A stretch of DNA of 61,933 nucleotides, filler included, from Asterionella formosa (lineage: Eukaryota), in the NCBI GenBank assembly GCA_002256025.1. It is 12 parts of 12 records of this genome, joined end to end, with 100 filler letters (N's around TTAATTAATTAA, not from the genome) between each part and the next. Parts side by side here need not be neighbours in the genome. Positions count along the whole stretch, not along the records: positions 46,569 to 51,629 come from NKIB01013234.1; positions 51,730 to 56,774 come from NKIB01013235.1; positions 56,875 to 61,933 come from NKIB01013236.1; 9 more parts are not named here. One strand, given 5' to 3'. The notes under the pieces were generated by a model. The model was not told the origin of the DNA. It ran no database searches and saw only the letters and a program-made list of their open reading frames with translations. Below are positions 48,480 through 59,928 of this stretch, piece after piece; position 1 is the stretch's first letter, and each line of letters opens with the position of its first letter. The position numbers were made by a program, and so were the translations under genes.

Positions 48480-50009
48480 ATGTACATACTAGCCCGGCCT
48501 CTCTGCCTAGTATTGGCAGCTCTACTTCCCTCCGTACTTGCAATGGATCTCTCCCCCAAGACCACCTACGATTTGGTGGTCATTGGTGGAGGTGCTGCTG
48601 GTCTGACAGCAGCCAAACTTGCAGCCACATTTGAAAAGTCGGCATTGATTATCGAACAAGCGCGCATGGGAGGAGATTGCACGTGGACTGGATGTGTTCC
48701 AAGTAAGACATTGATCGCTTCGGCTAAAGTCGCACACTATGCTCGGAACAGCAACAGGTATGGTATCAAGACAGAAAAGGTACAAGTGGATATGAAAGCG
48801 ATCAAAAAGCGTATTTTTGATAATATTGAAAGAATTCATGATGAAGATGATTCACCGGAGGCCATGGCAGCACTTGGAATCGATACACTCATGGGCAAGG
48901 CAACATTTGTAAGTAAGTCACAGTTAGAAGTTACGTTGGTGGGATCGTCAGAAAAAATAGTAATTGAAGCCACCGAGGGAGTTGTGGTGTGCACGGGTGC
49001 CAAACCGAGAAAACCAGAGGATACGATTCCTGGGTTAAAAAATGTGAACTATTTGACTTATGAAGAAATTTGGGAGCTTGATACCTTGCCAAAGAAATTG
49101 ACTGTTGTCGGAGGTGGTCCAATCGGTTGTGAATTGGCTCAGGCATTTGCTAGGTTGGGTTCTACAGTGACACAGATTGCTACCACGCTCCTTCCCAATG
49201 AAGAACCTGAAGTGAGTTCGACTTTGGAGGAAGTATTTGCAAGTGAAGGCGTTAAGAGAGTGAAAGGCAATCTAGTCAATGTCGAGAGGAAAGGCGACGG
49301 TCACTTGGCGATGTGCACTTGTGACGATGGAACATCAGTTGCCATTGAAGGGGATACTATCTTGGTAGCAGTTGGACGCACACCTAATGTCAAAGGATTT
49401 GGACTTGAAGATTTGGGAGTTCAGTTCAGTTCAACAGGTGGGATTGAGACCGACAGCACACTTCAGACCACGGTCAAGGGTATTTATGCCGCAGGGGACT
49501 GTACTGGAGACAAGCAATTCACACACTACGCTGGGTTTCAAGGAGCTATCGCTGCTCGCAACATTCTTCTTCCTTTCAGTGATGGTGGTGTACTTCAGGA
49601 TATTCCCTCGGCAACTTTTACGTCCCCAGAAGTATCATCGATTGGTCTGTTGGAAGCACGGGCAATTGCTGAATATGGGGCTGATAAGATTGGAGTGGCG
49701 TTCAAGAGACTCGACCGTGTTGATAGAGCCGTTTGTGACGGAGAAGAGAAGGGTTTCATCAAGATTATTTATCTGAAAAAGAACCTTTTTATCATTGGAG
49801 CAACTGTCATGAGTCCATCAGCTGGTGAACTCATTTCCGAACTCAGTGTGGCGATACGCGCCAAAATGCCTTTTGACAAGTTGAGCTATGTTGTGCATTC
49901 CTATCCTGCCTACAGTATTGCACTGCAGATAATGGCTGCGGAGATCAACTATGCCAAGACAAAGAAGCTCAAACCCATTTTGGATTTTTTGAAGCGATTT
50001 GGACTCTAG
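48480..50009 (+). CDS. Class I pyridine nucleotide-disulfide oxidoreductase (MerA/lipoamide dehydrogenase-like)
   Basis: VIGGGAAG, redox-active GGDCTWTGCVPSK, VVGGGPIGCE, IYAAGDC, HSYPAYS; N-terminal signal peptide. Confidence 0.92.
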   Translation: MYILARPLCLVLAALLPSVLAMDLSPKTTYDLVVIGGGAAGLTAAKLAATFEKSALIIEQARMGGDCTWTGCVPSKTLIASAKVAHYARNSNRYGIKTEKVQVDMKAIKKRIFDNIERIHDEDDSPEAMAALGIDTLMGKATFVSKSQLEVTLVGSSEKIVIEATEGVVVCTGAKPRKPEDTIPGLKNVNYLTYEEIWELDTLPKKLTVVGGGPIGCELAQAFARLGSTVTQIATTLLPNEEPEVSSTLEEVFASEGVKRVKGNLVNVERKGDGHLAMCTCDDGTSVAIEGDTILVAVGRTPNVKGFGLEDLGVQFSSTGGIETDSTLQTTVKGIYAAGDCTGDKQFTHYAGFQGAIAARNILLPFSDGGVLQDIPSATFTSPEVSSIGLLEARAIAEYGADKIGVAFKRLDRVDRAVCDGEEKGFIKIIYLKKNLFIIGATVMSPSAGELISELSVAIRAKMPFDKLSYVVHSYPAYSIALQIMAAEINYAKTKKLKPILDFLKRFGL

Positions 50010-50203
50010 ACTGTCTATTAAAGTATAGTTTCTTGCTATAGTTTAAAACGTCGCCAAATGTATGTATAACAGCAATTACATTACTATCTGAACGTACATG
50101 GCGATATGTTAGACTTTTACGCGTTTAATAGGAATAAATGCGTTTCTTCTCTCTCTCTCTCTATAGAAATGTGGCTCGCCGAGTAGGAAGGAGAATATTA
50201 GGA

Positions 50204-51260
50204 TTAAAGCTCGCGCATTCCAGCCATACCAGCTCCCATCCCAGCCATACCAGCTCCCATACCACCAAGCCCCAAATCTCCTAATCCTGCAATGGCCTCA
50301 CGTCCTTCCATAACTGATGCCTTCCACGATTTCGCGCTTGCAATTCTGTCAGAAAAGTCCCCAGCTCCAAACATGGTAGCCATAATGGCATCATCCGAAT
50401 CCTTGCTTTGAATTAGTTTAAGACGCATCTCTTCAATTTCCAAATCTGATGGAGTCTTCTTTCTCATCAAAAGGTCTTGCAAATCTTTCAAAAGAGGGTT
50501 GTTGACCGCGTTTTGAAAGCCGCTCATGGCTTCGGTCGCTGTCTTCATAAGGTCCGGATCAGAGAAAATGCCCTTCATTTGATCAAACGCCCCCTTCATT
50601 TGTTCCTCAAAGTATTTCGGATCTGCCCGATACTTGGCAATCTCTTCCTTTCCAACAAGACCAGTCGCTTCAAGGTTGGCAAGGACTTCATCCTTCTTTT
50701 CCACAATATTGTCCAGAATATCTCCCGAGGTCATGAGTTTCATGGCTTGTTCCATTTGTGATTGTAGTTCCCCAGGGGACATTTTGGCCATTTCTTGCAT
50801 CATTTGCATCACATCTTCACCCATATTTTCAAACGCTTTCATCATGTCTGGATTCTTGTCAAATGCTCCTGCCAATAGTTCTTGGAGTGCCCCCATGTCA
50901 TCGTCGTCTCCTCTCGTGTCCTTTTGTGCCATTTCTTGGAGTGCCTCAAAGGAGGTTGCGACTCCCTTTTTGGCTCGATTTCCGGCTAGGCCAAACTGGC
51001 CCAAGACAGACTATTATAAGTACACAAATTTAGTAAGTAAGAATCATAGATAAGTAGCAGTAGTATAAATGTAATTAAAATCGGACCAAATAAATTTGCA
51101 ACGCGGCAGAAAAAAAAATATAATTTATATTTTGATGTGAAGGAGTTGAAACGTTGAGAGTCCTTTCGAGCTTGATTGTAAAACACATTCACACACACAG
51201 CATCGCTGAACATACCGGAACAAGTAGAGAGAGGATGCTGAGGATTCGAATGACATTCAT
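50204..51260 (-). CDS. Met-rich helical secretory-pathway protein (STI1-like), C-terminal ...MREL; exons 51260-51216 and 51010-50204
   Basis: Exon 1 MNVIRILSILSLLVP, gtatgt...atag intron, exon 2 SVLGQFG in frame; NPDMM, DPDLM and NNPLL motifs; GMGAGMA tail repeats. Confidence 0.75.
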
Positions 51261-51729
51261 GGTGCCTTTATATATTGTTTGACTAACTGTAGTGATTGGG
51301 TTTCAGATTCGACAATGGATTTTTATATTAAAAAATTTATAACAAATGGAAGATGACTCTTGGTCTTTTTTTTTTGCTTGCAACAGAAAATTGATGATGG
51401 GGAAATACCTGTATGCTATAAATATTTTGCTTATTTGCTTACTGCAAATATGTCACCTACAAGTACTGTACAGGTGGGGCGGATCGAGTCGACGACCACA
51501 AGAATCATTTACTGGTAGCTAAATAACAGTGTATCGATTCATGCATACACGTGTACGGGTATTATGTTCTCTTTCAAAGCGGTATTATTACGGTATACAA
51601 ATATGATTTTGAAGTACCGGTAAGGCATTNNNNNNNNNNNNNNNNNNNNNNNNNNNNNNNNNNNNNNNNNNNNTTAATTAATTAANNNNNNNNNNNNNNN
51701 NNNNNNNNNNNNNNNNNNNNNNNNNNNNN

Positions 51730-51960
51730 GACGAAAGGCAGCTAGACTATTTACAAGGGTTGAGAGGGGAAGAGTCAAGGTACAGTATTGTCGGCGCCAG
51801 GTTGGCTGCCTTAGTTCGAGCTGGATTCACTGCTCATACTGCAATTGACAAAATATATGAGGTCTAGTATGGTCAAGATAAAACAGTAACACAGATTGTC
51901 AATCAAATGATGCGAGATCATTGCACTGGTGCTAGTCATCCACAGCTTCGCATTTAAATA
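51730..51960 (+). pseudogene. GCR1_C-like C-terminus of a Crypton-type element
   Basis: RKAARLFTRVERGRVKVQYCRRQV...VRAGFTAHTAIDKIYEV...YGQDKTVTQIVNQM; homologous to 59095-59390. Confidence 0.55.
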
Positions 51961-52329
51961 ATTACATTTACTAGCATGCATGATTTTTTACATTAGCTAC
52001 ATTCATTGCTTGTGTTCATTTCATTTCCGGCATGTTGACAGTTTAGAATGGAAATACCCATAAAATGCGATAGAGTCGTATTCCCGGTACCTGGTACCTG
52101 GTATGTACCAGGGTACCTGGTATACCGGTGTCCGGCAGGATTACCACCACAAGCTATATGCATATTATTATGCAGAAGGAAAATACACGATGAAGCAAGC
52201 AGCAACTGTACCAGGTACCGTATGATCATTGTTGCTAGCTTGTGCACGGTACTACTGGTACCAGGTAGTTAACTACTAGCGCTAGCTTCCACTACGGGTT
52301 TAACTGGGAGTTTAATTTTTTACGACTAC

Positions 52330-52615
52330 GTTCCCGGTACTCGGGAGGAGTCTGCCTACTCGTATTCTTGTGTACTCGGCTTGGGAGGCCCTCGCAGGTT
52401 GGCGCCACTCGTTCGGTCAACCTACTCGCGCCTCCCAAGCCTCGAACACAAGAATACTCGCAGGCAGTCTCCACCCTCGGTCGCGTATTACCTTCAGCAA
52501 TCCCAGGGCTGGACAACCGAGGGGCAATTTCTACCAATTACTCGCGCCACCCTGCCTCTAACACATGAATACTCGCAGGCATGAGACCACCTCGGGCGTG
52601 TATTGCCTTCAGCAG
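52330..52615. repeat. GC-rich dispersed repeat (tactcg motifs, internal ~75-bp duplication); inverted copy at 59630-59800
   Basis: aatactcgcaggca...acc.tcgg...gtatt.ccttcagca occurs twice here and once reverse-complemented near 59630. Confidence 0.8.
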
Positions 52616-53350
52616 TACGCATGCCGGTACCTTACTCTACTCTCCAGGTAACCACTCCCACCGTTGGCTGCCTTCTCACCAGGGTACAGGGTACCTGGTA
52701 CCAGGTCCTTGTACCTGGTACCAATAAATATGATGTATTTTGTTCAGCATTCCTACTACCTGGTACCAGACCAGATTCCTGGTACAATGGTACCAGGGTG
52801 TCAAGAATATTAGCCCGAGTCACAAGGATTGTGGACTCGATTGTAATCGAACGAGTCGAATATTGCATTGCCACGTCAATCAGCTGTCTAACGAGATCAG
52901 AGATTGAAGATTTCTATGGAAATGTTAAGTGGAAACTCGAAGAGAGTCTTAGAATGACTTTGCAGGAAGCAAAGATGCATGGAAAGGAAACATTTAGTTT
53001 AGCTTATAATTTAATTTGAGTTTTAGATTATCAACCGAGGAAACAGTGTGTTAATTGACAGTAAGGTCAATTAGTCTACCGGTATCTAGCAGGAAGGCTA
53101 GAAGCAGAGACAAGAGAGAAAGTAAGTGGTACTAGGTAGTACTACGATCACGTAAGAGTCTACGTGAAGAGAGACCCAACCCGCGGGAAGGAGTACGGAC
53201 CATTTCAACACCAGGGTACCCGGTATGCAGGACCCTCTCATTGTATGTATGTATCGTTAGGCAAGTTTAACCATGAAGCTTCACATAGAGACGAAGTAAC
53301 AAGTACTCTTCTCCAAACGTTTCAACAACAGGTTTTACGTATTTCCCGTC

Positions 53351-54325
53351 ATGGCTCCTCCTCCTGTAACTGCTACACGGAAGCGAAAGCAACCGGACAC
53401 GTCAATTGGGGACCCCAGGTCCAGACCCAAGATTGTTTCCTCGTCTCAAGTTCAGGTCAAAACTGAAGCAGATGTCGTCGATACCGAGGAACTTCGGAAC
53501 CGCTTTGTCAGCCTCTTTCAAGAACCAGATTATCAAAGTGGAGTTGCTAATTCTGCGCTTAAAATCAAGTTCGGTAATGCTGAATACCCTCACCTAGTAC
53601 CAATCATCAATGACCTTGTCCAGAAATCACGCCTAGTCATGTCCAGAGTTGGGGATGAATTATTCTACAATTTGGTATCCAACGAAGTGGCCAACAAGTT
53701 TGAGGGCCTCGACGTGTCAGCCAAAATGGTTTATCAAGTCATCGAAAAGGCCGGCAACATGGGAATTTGGACCAAAGATGTGAGAAATCAAACTAATATT
53801 CAGCAGCAAGCACTGAGTAAGATTTTCAAGGCACTTGAAACCCGACGTCTGATTAAGCCTGTCAAATCTGTGACAGCCAAGTCCAAAAAATTATACATGG
53901 TCTACAATCTCACTCCGGCCAAGGAACTGACTGGTGGCCCATGGTACACGGAATTGGAATTTGATCATGAGTTTATCAATGAAATGCGAAAATTTCTCAT
54001 GAAGTGTGTCCTTAAAATCAATGCGGGCCAAGGTGTGACTATCTATGAAATAAAGGAAAAGATGGTCCAAGCTAATATTAGTCGAGTGGAGTTGTCTTTG
54101 GAAGATGTCCATCAATTAATGCAGACGCTTGCTTTTGATCAGTTGATTGACCAAGTTTCTGTTAATGGCGAAGGAGAAGCACTCTTTGTAGCAACTCGGA
54201 GAGTTACACCAATGTGTGAATTCAAGTGGTGGGATGCACTTGCTCCCGACTTCCATTTTCGGGAAATTAGATTTGAAGATGGAGTCATCCTAGCAGCCCA
54301 TGAACCCCATCACCACACAGCTTAA
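53351..54325 (+). CDS. POLR3F: RNA polymerase III subunit C34/RPC6
   Basis: VYQVIEKAGNMGIWTKD, KALETRRLIKPVKSV, KKLYMVYNLTPAKELTGGPWYTELEFDHEFI, ISRVELSLEDV. Confidence 0.93.
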   Translation: MAPPPVTATRKRKQPDTSIGDPRSRPKIVSSSQVQVKTEADVVDTEELRNRFVSLFQEPDYQSGVANSALKIKFGNAEYPHLVPIINDLVQKSRLVMSRVGDELFYNLVSNEVANKFEGLDVSAKMVYQVIEKAGNMGIWTKDVRNQTNIQQQALSKIFKALETRRLIKPVKSVTAKSKKLYMVYNLTPAKELTGGPWYTELEFDHEFINEMRKFLMKCVLKINAGQGVTIYEIKEKMVQANISRVELSLEDVHQLMQTLAFDQLIDQVSVNGEGEALFVATRRVTPMCEFKWWDALAPDFHFREIRFEDGVILAAHEPHHHTA

Positions 54326-54654
54326 GTAAAGGAAAGGAGGAATCTAATTTGGCACCAGATGAGTTATTCACTCTACATAATGCGTTACTTTTTAGGCTGG
54401 TATTCCCTTCTTTGTACCTGAGCTTAAGTGTGAGGGATCATGATATCTATTCAAGTACCACCGCCCCGTATGTTTTCTTTGTATGCTACTTAACTGCCTA
54501 GGAGCAAAGAAAAGTAGGAAGGTGGACAAGAAGCGAAAATTAACATCCAAAAGCAAGTAAGATGATTAGTCGCCAAACATTAGTGCGTCTGTACCATGAC
54601 TTCACTATTATTGGATTGTCTGTGGAGAAATTCATCAAAATTGAGTAGAAGCAT

Positions 54655-56022
54655 CTACTCCTCTTCCTCTTCCATCAGAAAAGGCTGTTCTTCCGGTTCC
54701 CTGACTTCGTGACTTTCCTCTTGTATAGGCGGGCATGCCCTCTGAAGTGCACAATCCACCAACACACCAAGGGAGGCACTGCGGGGCCGACGAATAATGT
54801 TACCTTCGCCACTATACTCGCCCATCTCCCTTTGTAGTTCAAATTCTAGAGTTGGATCGTTTCCTGGGAACTGTACGGAAGGCATGTAGCGTGCCTTGTG
54901 ATGTCGGGACACCGACGACATATCCAAGCTTTCAGCACGCGATCGACGTCCTTCAGCTAACGACGGAGACTCCTTCATCTTTTGCAGCATGCCAGCAGCA
55001 AAGGCTAAGAAAGAGGATTTGCTGCTGTCCAAACTCTTACCTAGAGCAGAAGGATTGGAAGGACTAGCTCCCGGAGGAGCGGCAGCAGCCGCAACCGCAG
55101 AGAACTGCATGAGATGGTTTTCTGAAGGGGGGCTCTCACTCATACTGTCCGGAGAATCCTCAACAAGTTGGCGAAGGCGACCGCGACCGCGAATAGGAGA
55201 AGAAGATGATGATCGAGATGCAGATGGCCTCGGCGGAGGTGGTGGCATGCTGCCTGGATTGAGTCCACGCGGTATCAAGACAGTACTGTCTGGACCCGTC
55301 TGCTTGAGAGTAAACGAGGAAATCACCTGCTTCCTAGGATTAGGCGTTCGAGCAGGACGCGTTTTGCCTTCTAACAAGTTCCTAGCATGTCTCGCAACTA
55401 GGGAGCAGACCAGGCACACGTGCTGCTGCGGTGGCTGGCCTCTGCGTATTCCTGCTTGTTTGGCGCGAAGTTCACGGCAGCGTTTATGGTGAGCTAAGAG
55501 CTTCCTGGCTTGATGACAACCATTGCAGCTTATGGGGCATGCAGATCCGTTCACAGCGGGGCAAGTCTTGAGATGAAGGAGAACTTTTTTGGCTTCAATG
55601 CAACCCTGGTGAGGACAATGAGTTCCGCCCATTCTGCAGTTCTATGATTCAGTCACAAGAAAGGGAGCGGAAGCAATCGGAAACAATGACATTGAGTAAC
55701 CGATTTTTTGAAAAGAAATGAACACATTACCGACCTTAACATCGTTGAAATGCACTGAACTCACCTGCGCATGAATCAGAATCCAGAGTGAGGATGCCGC
55801 TCGCTTAGCCTTGGAGACCACTGTCCCTATGTCCGCTGTGGCAGGTTCGAGTACTGTTGGTTCGTTTCTACTTTCCACTGACGACGGAGAAACTGCTTGT
55901 TCAAGAGGACCACTTATGCCATTCTCTCCTTGAGCGTGAAGGCTTTGAGAAGCATTCACAAGATCATTTTGAATTTCTTGAATGTTCGCACTCCCAGGTT
56001 CAACAATCACTGGAGCGGTCAT
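54655..56022 (-). CDS. TAZ zinc-finger protein with disordered C-terminus; intron 55642-55764
   Basis: Spliced LIHAQ|NC...CPHQGC...LLHLKTC...C...C...LLAHHKRC...CLVC matches the HCCC x3 TAZ pattern; gtgagt...atag intron is in frame. Confidence 0.85.
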
Positions 56023-56510
56023 TTAAAATAGAAAAAAACAGTTCTGATGTGAAACCGTCACTTATACTTTCTCAGATCTCGCTTTCCCTTGCAGTTGATG
56101 GGACCTGCCTCTAGAAAAAAGAATGGTAGCCGGTGCTATCGTTGCAAAACGATGTCCATTCAAGAGCTATAGAATATCAATTTCTGTTGTTTCGAAATGA
56201 TGAACAACATATTAGGTGTTTGTTTCGTGGACCCTGGCTGCTTCAAGTGCATTGACCTTGAAACAAGAATCTAGCGAAATTTTTTAAAAAGCAATGGTCG
56301 TCAGAGCCCTCCTCAATCAATGGTTACTGACCACGGTACGAATACCCTGGTATAGGTACATGCATGATGTAAACACGTACCGGTACCTGGTACCAGGTAC
56401 CGCTAAATAGTTAGTACCTGCAGTTCACTCCAGTACATCTGGTGTCTTGGAAATACGGGATAGTATGTACACCTGGTACCAGGCCAGGGTACCAGTCAAA
56501 AACTGCTTAA

Positions 56511-56696
56511 GACCACTATATTACCCCGTTTTTGGACTAAAATTAGAAAAATGTTCAGCCGACCCCATTTAAAACCCTTTGAACAGAGGTCAACTAATGC
56601 ATGCAAGCACTAGATAAATGAATCATTTTAACAATTGGAAGGATATATCTTGCGATATCCAACTTTTTAAGTCGTTCATTTTGCATTTTAGTGGTC
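56511..56696. mobile_element. 186-bp MITE-like element flanked by TTAA
   Basis: ttaa|gaccacta ... tagtggtc|ttaa. Confidence 0.55.
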
Positions 56697-57444
56697 TTAA
56701 GCCATTCATTTATTTTTCATCATGTATATATACTTTTTAATGGTAAACGGTTAGAAAATATTACCTCGTTTTCCNNNNNNNNNNNNNNNNNNNNNNNNNN
56801 NNNNNNNNNNNNNNNNNNTTAATTAATTAANNNNNNNNNNNNNNNNNNNNNNNNNNNNNNNNNNNNNNNNNNNNGTGTCAGAGTGTGTCTGTTAGGCTGT
56901 TGATGTCGACAGGTGTCCGAAGACTAGGTAGTCTGAGGAATGTCTAAACGGAAATAGACAGGATTTATATAGCAGAAGAAGCTGCAGACGAGCGGCGTGA
57001 GAAAGATCTTGACCGGTCATTCCAGGGCAGTACTGGAGCGCGCTTGAGTAGCGCCATATATTTCAACACATGTTAACATCGCTTCAAATGCGGGAAGATC
57101 CTTTACACGATTCTGGTACAAGGCACACGCTGATGTTCACGTATGTGAGTAACAGTGGAGTAGTATCGGGTACCAGGTACCAAAGGTGCCGTACGGTCAT
57201 TTCGAAGCATCCAATTATTCCAAAAAAGCAAGCAGGAAGGAATCAAATTTCCCTGGTCCAGCTTTTATTACTCGTACTACGTACGTCGAATAATACAATC
57301 GTAGAATTTGGTAATAAGTTTAGCGAAGTTACGAAGTGTTACTGACTACATCCCGATATTATGTGTTTTGATTTAAGTACGGTAGGTACGTTGCATGGGA
57401 AATGACTCGGAGGTCTCAAATTTAGTTTTACTGTATTACTTGTA

Positions 57445-57634
57445 AAAATCAACCCAAGTTGTATTTTTCTGTAGGCCTCAAGTATCGTTCTACTGCGGAT
57501 GGTAAATATACCTTGACGGTATTTTCCGTACTTGATAACGAGAAAATACAGTATTGTACAACAAAGAAATAATCAACCCGGTTGCATTGACGGTTGATTT
57601 TGTACTCCCTTTTTGGTTGAAAAATCAACTCTGA
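57445..57634. repeat. Family B repeat copy, followed by a single family A TIR at 57733-57753
   Basis: Aligns with 1303-1455. Confidence 0.8.
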
Positions 57635-59094
57635 TTAGTCGTAGAAAGTCTGGGATGTGCGTGATGATGCATAAAAATATGGACCTGAAGGTGGTGGTAC
57701 CAGTCCCCCGGTGCGTGGTACTCCGCTTACCGGCAAGTTGCGGTAATTTTGCTATACGAGCAGTCAAGTGCTACATACGTCATCGTGTTGGCAATAGTGA
57801 CTCCAATTCCAAATTGATTCATCTGTATCTCTTTTGATTTTTCATTTAATAAACCACCTGACCACCTGGTTGTTTGGAATTGACTGTAACTTTAATCTGA
57901 TTTAGCCTACAATATTGAGACCTATCGTTTTACTTATTCTGGCAGTTGGCTGGTACGCACCATAGCTAGGATTTGCTTAATGTTTGACCATTTTGATTAA
58001 AGTATCAATTTCCCTTAGTGTGTGATGTCATCATTTCGACCCAAATGCCATCACAGCCGCATACCTACATAACAAGCACTGTAGTTCATGAGCGATACAA
58101 CATACCGGTAAACACAAGGTGAAGTAAGCAATGTATTGCCCATGAAACATGCAATATATCATACACCTTTTGATGGATTCATGTACAAGGCACCCGACGA
58201 GGTAGCCCACATAGGCACTAGAATGTAATTATTTAGCTTAGATTATGCTTTTTCTCTTTTTAAAACTCTACAGTGTAATCATTATGAACCGCTGGAGAGC
58301 GAATATTGCAAAATGTTGTCTCAGCCTTGACCATGACAAAGATAACAAATATCTTACTGAAAAATAAGAACAACTATATTTGGTATGTACAATAATGACA
58401 TCATCGACAATAGAATCAAAACAATTATGCTAATTACACTGATATTGACAACGAAAATTGAAGACGCTGATGGCACATTTTTTCATGTAAATCAGTGATG
58501 CACAATTTTTAAAATAACATGTTACGAGGAGCTTTGACACTTTTACAGTAATTACACAACAAATAAGACTACGACTACGTCGATAACATGAAGAATTGGA
58601 GCAACAGATTTTAAATAAGTTTTTTATCTACTGAGAATTGATTGATTACGAATTGGCAAGCAAGTTGTATAGTGGTGAAAGCAAACAAATGTCAAGTATG
58701 CTGTCAAAACTACTAGTAATACCCTATAGTTAATGTTTGGCAGCCCCTTCATGCAGCATACATGTTAGTGCTTACAGGAGTACAGAACATCATTATGAAA
58801 TAATGCTACACATAGCGATCCACTGTTATTACCAGCATGTTGTTGACATAGTACTGGTAGACTAATGCTGGTAAATCTCTTTCCTTCTGCAGCGGACATG
58901 CAGTGATGTACATATGAATTAAGGACTGTGCATGCTTGTCTACAAAGTTTAAGAAAAATGTTGCTTAAAGTTTTCTTGATTTAAGTAGATTCCATCGTTT
59001 GCTTAAACCTAAATAGTCTTTTAGTACTTTAACCCAAAATAAAACGATTTGGAAAGTAAAATGGCTGTTGATCCAGACTAGTACAATGCTAGTA

Positions 59095-59390
59095 AGACAC
59101 CAAAGATGCTAGTTGTTCTTTGACAGGAATGGGAGTTGGGATTGGAGGGCAAAAGCCAGAAAGGCTATTTACAAGGGTTGAAAGGAGTTGACTGAAATTG
59201 ATTTACTGCTGGTGCTAAATTCTGTGGGAGACAGTTGCAATGCTAGTTTGTGCTGGTGATACTACTCCTGCAAACACAGCAATAGACCGAATTTATGAGC
59301 CATATGGCCAAGACCAAACAGTGACATACATACTCATGCATCTGATACAAGATTGTTGCACTGGTGGGCATTCACTGTGTGTTTAAATAA
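59095..59390 (+). pseudogene. Second GCR1_C-like Crypton-type remnant
   Basis: PKMLVVL*QEWELG-IGGQKPERLFTRVER...ANTAIDRIYEPYGQDQTVT. Confidence 0.55.
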
Positions 59391-59928
59391 TTTCATTGAA
59401 ATTTAAAAAATTTGCAATCTCTTCCGTATTTACGTTGCTTGTTTAGTACCTCAATTGTTATTAACTATTTGATCTACTAGTAGTTTCGTGGTTTGCATGT
59501 TGGCATGCACACTACTAGAAAACTGGGGAGGTAAACCAAGGGATTTCATTTCATGACAAAACTATTAGAGGTGATGGTATTAGCTACCCACTCTAACAAG
59601 GTAGTATATATACTGAGCTTTGTCGAAGGTGCTGAAGGCAATACACGCCCGAGGTGGTCTCTTGCCTGCGAGTATACATGTGTTCGAGGCTGGGTGGCGC
59701 AAGTAGGTTGACCGTATGAGTGGCGCCCCCAGCGCTGCAAGAAGGTCACCCTAGCTACGAGTGCCATCCCAGTCGAGTACACATGTATACGAGAAGGCAA
59801 GTAGCAGCCGAGAAGGGTATTGTTGAGGCAATTCCCGCTCTAGCTATCATCGCGTCATTTGCTTACCTACTTCCCACAAATTTAGTATAAATGTCAATTT
59901 TTGCCTACTATTGCCCATCATATAAAAT

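Noticed and set aside
48480..50009. Calling the gene merA (mercury resistance)
   Set aside because: It lacks the C-terminal Cys-Cys pair and any mer context.
51730..56774. Contig length (5045) breaks the descending size order
   Set aside because: Most simply explained by post-assembly trimming; no biological signal.
5092..56874. Regularly spaced TTAATTAATTAA flanked by Ns as a biological repeat
   Set aside because: It is an artificial contig-joining linker; ORFs containing X runs and any cross-linker gene neighbourhoods are artefacts.
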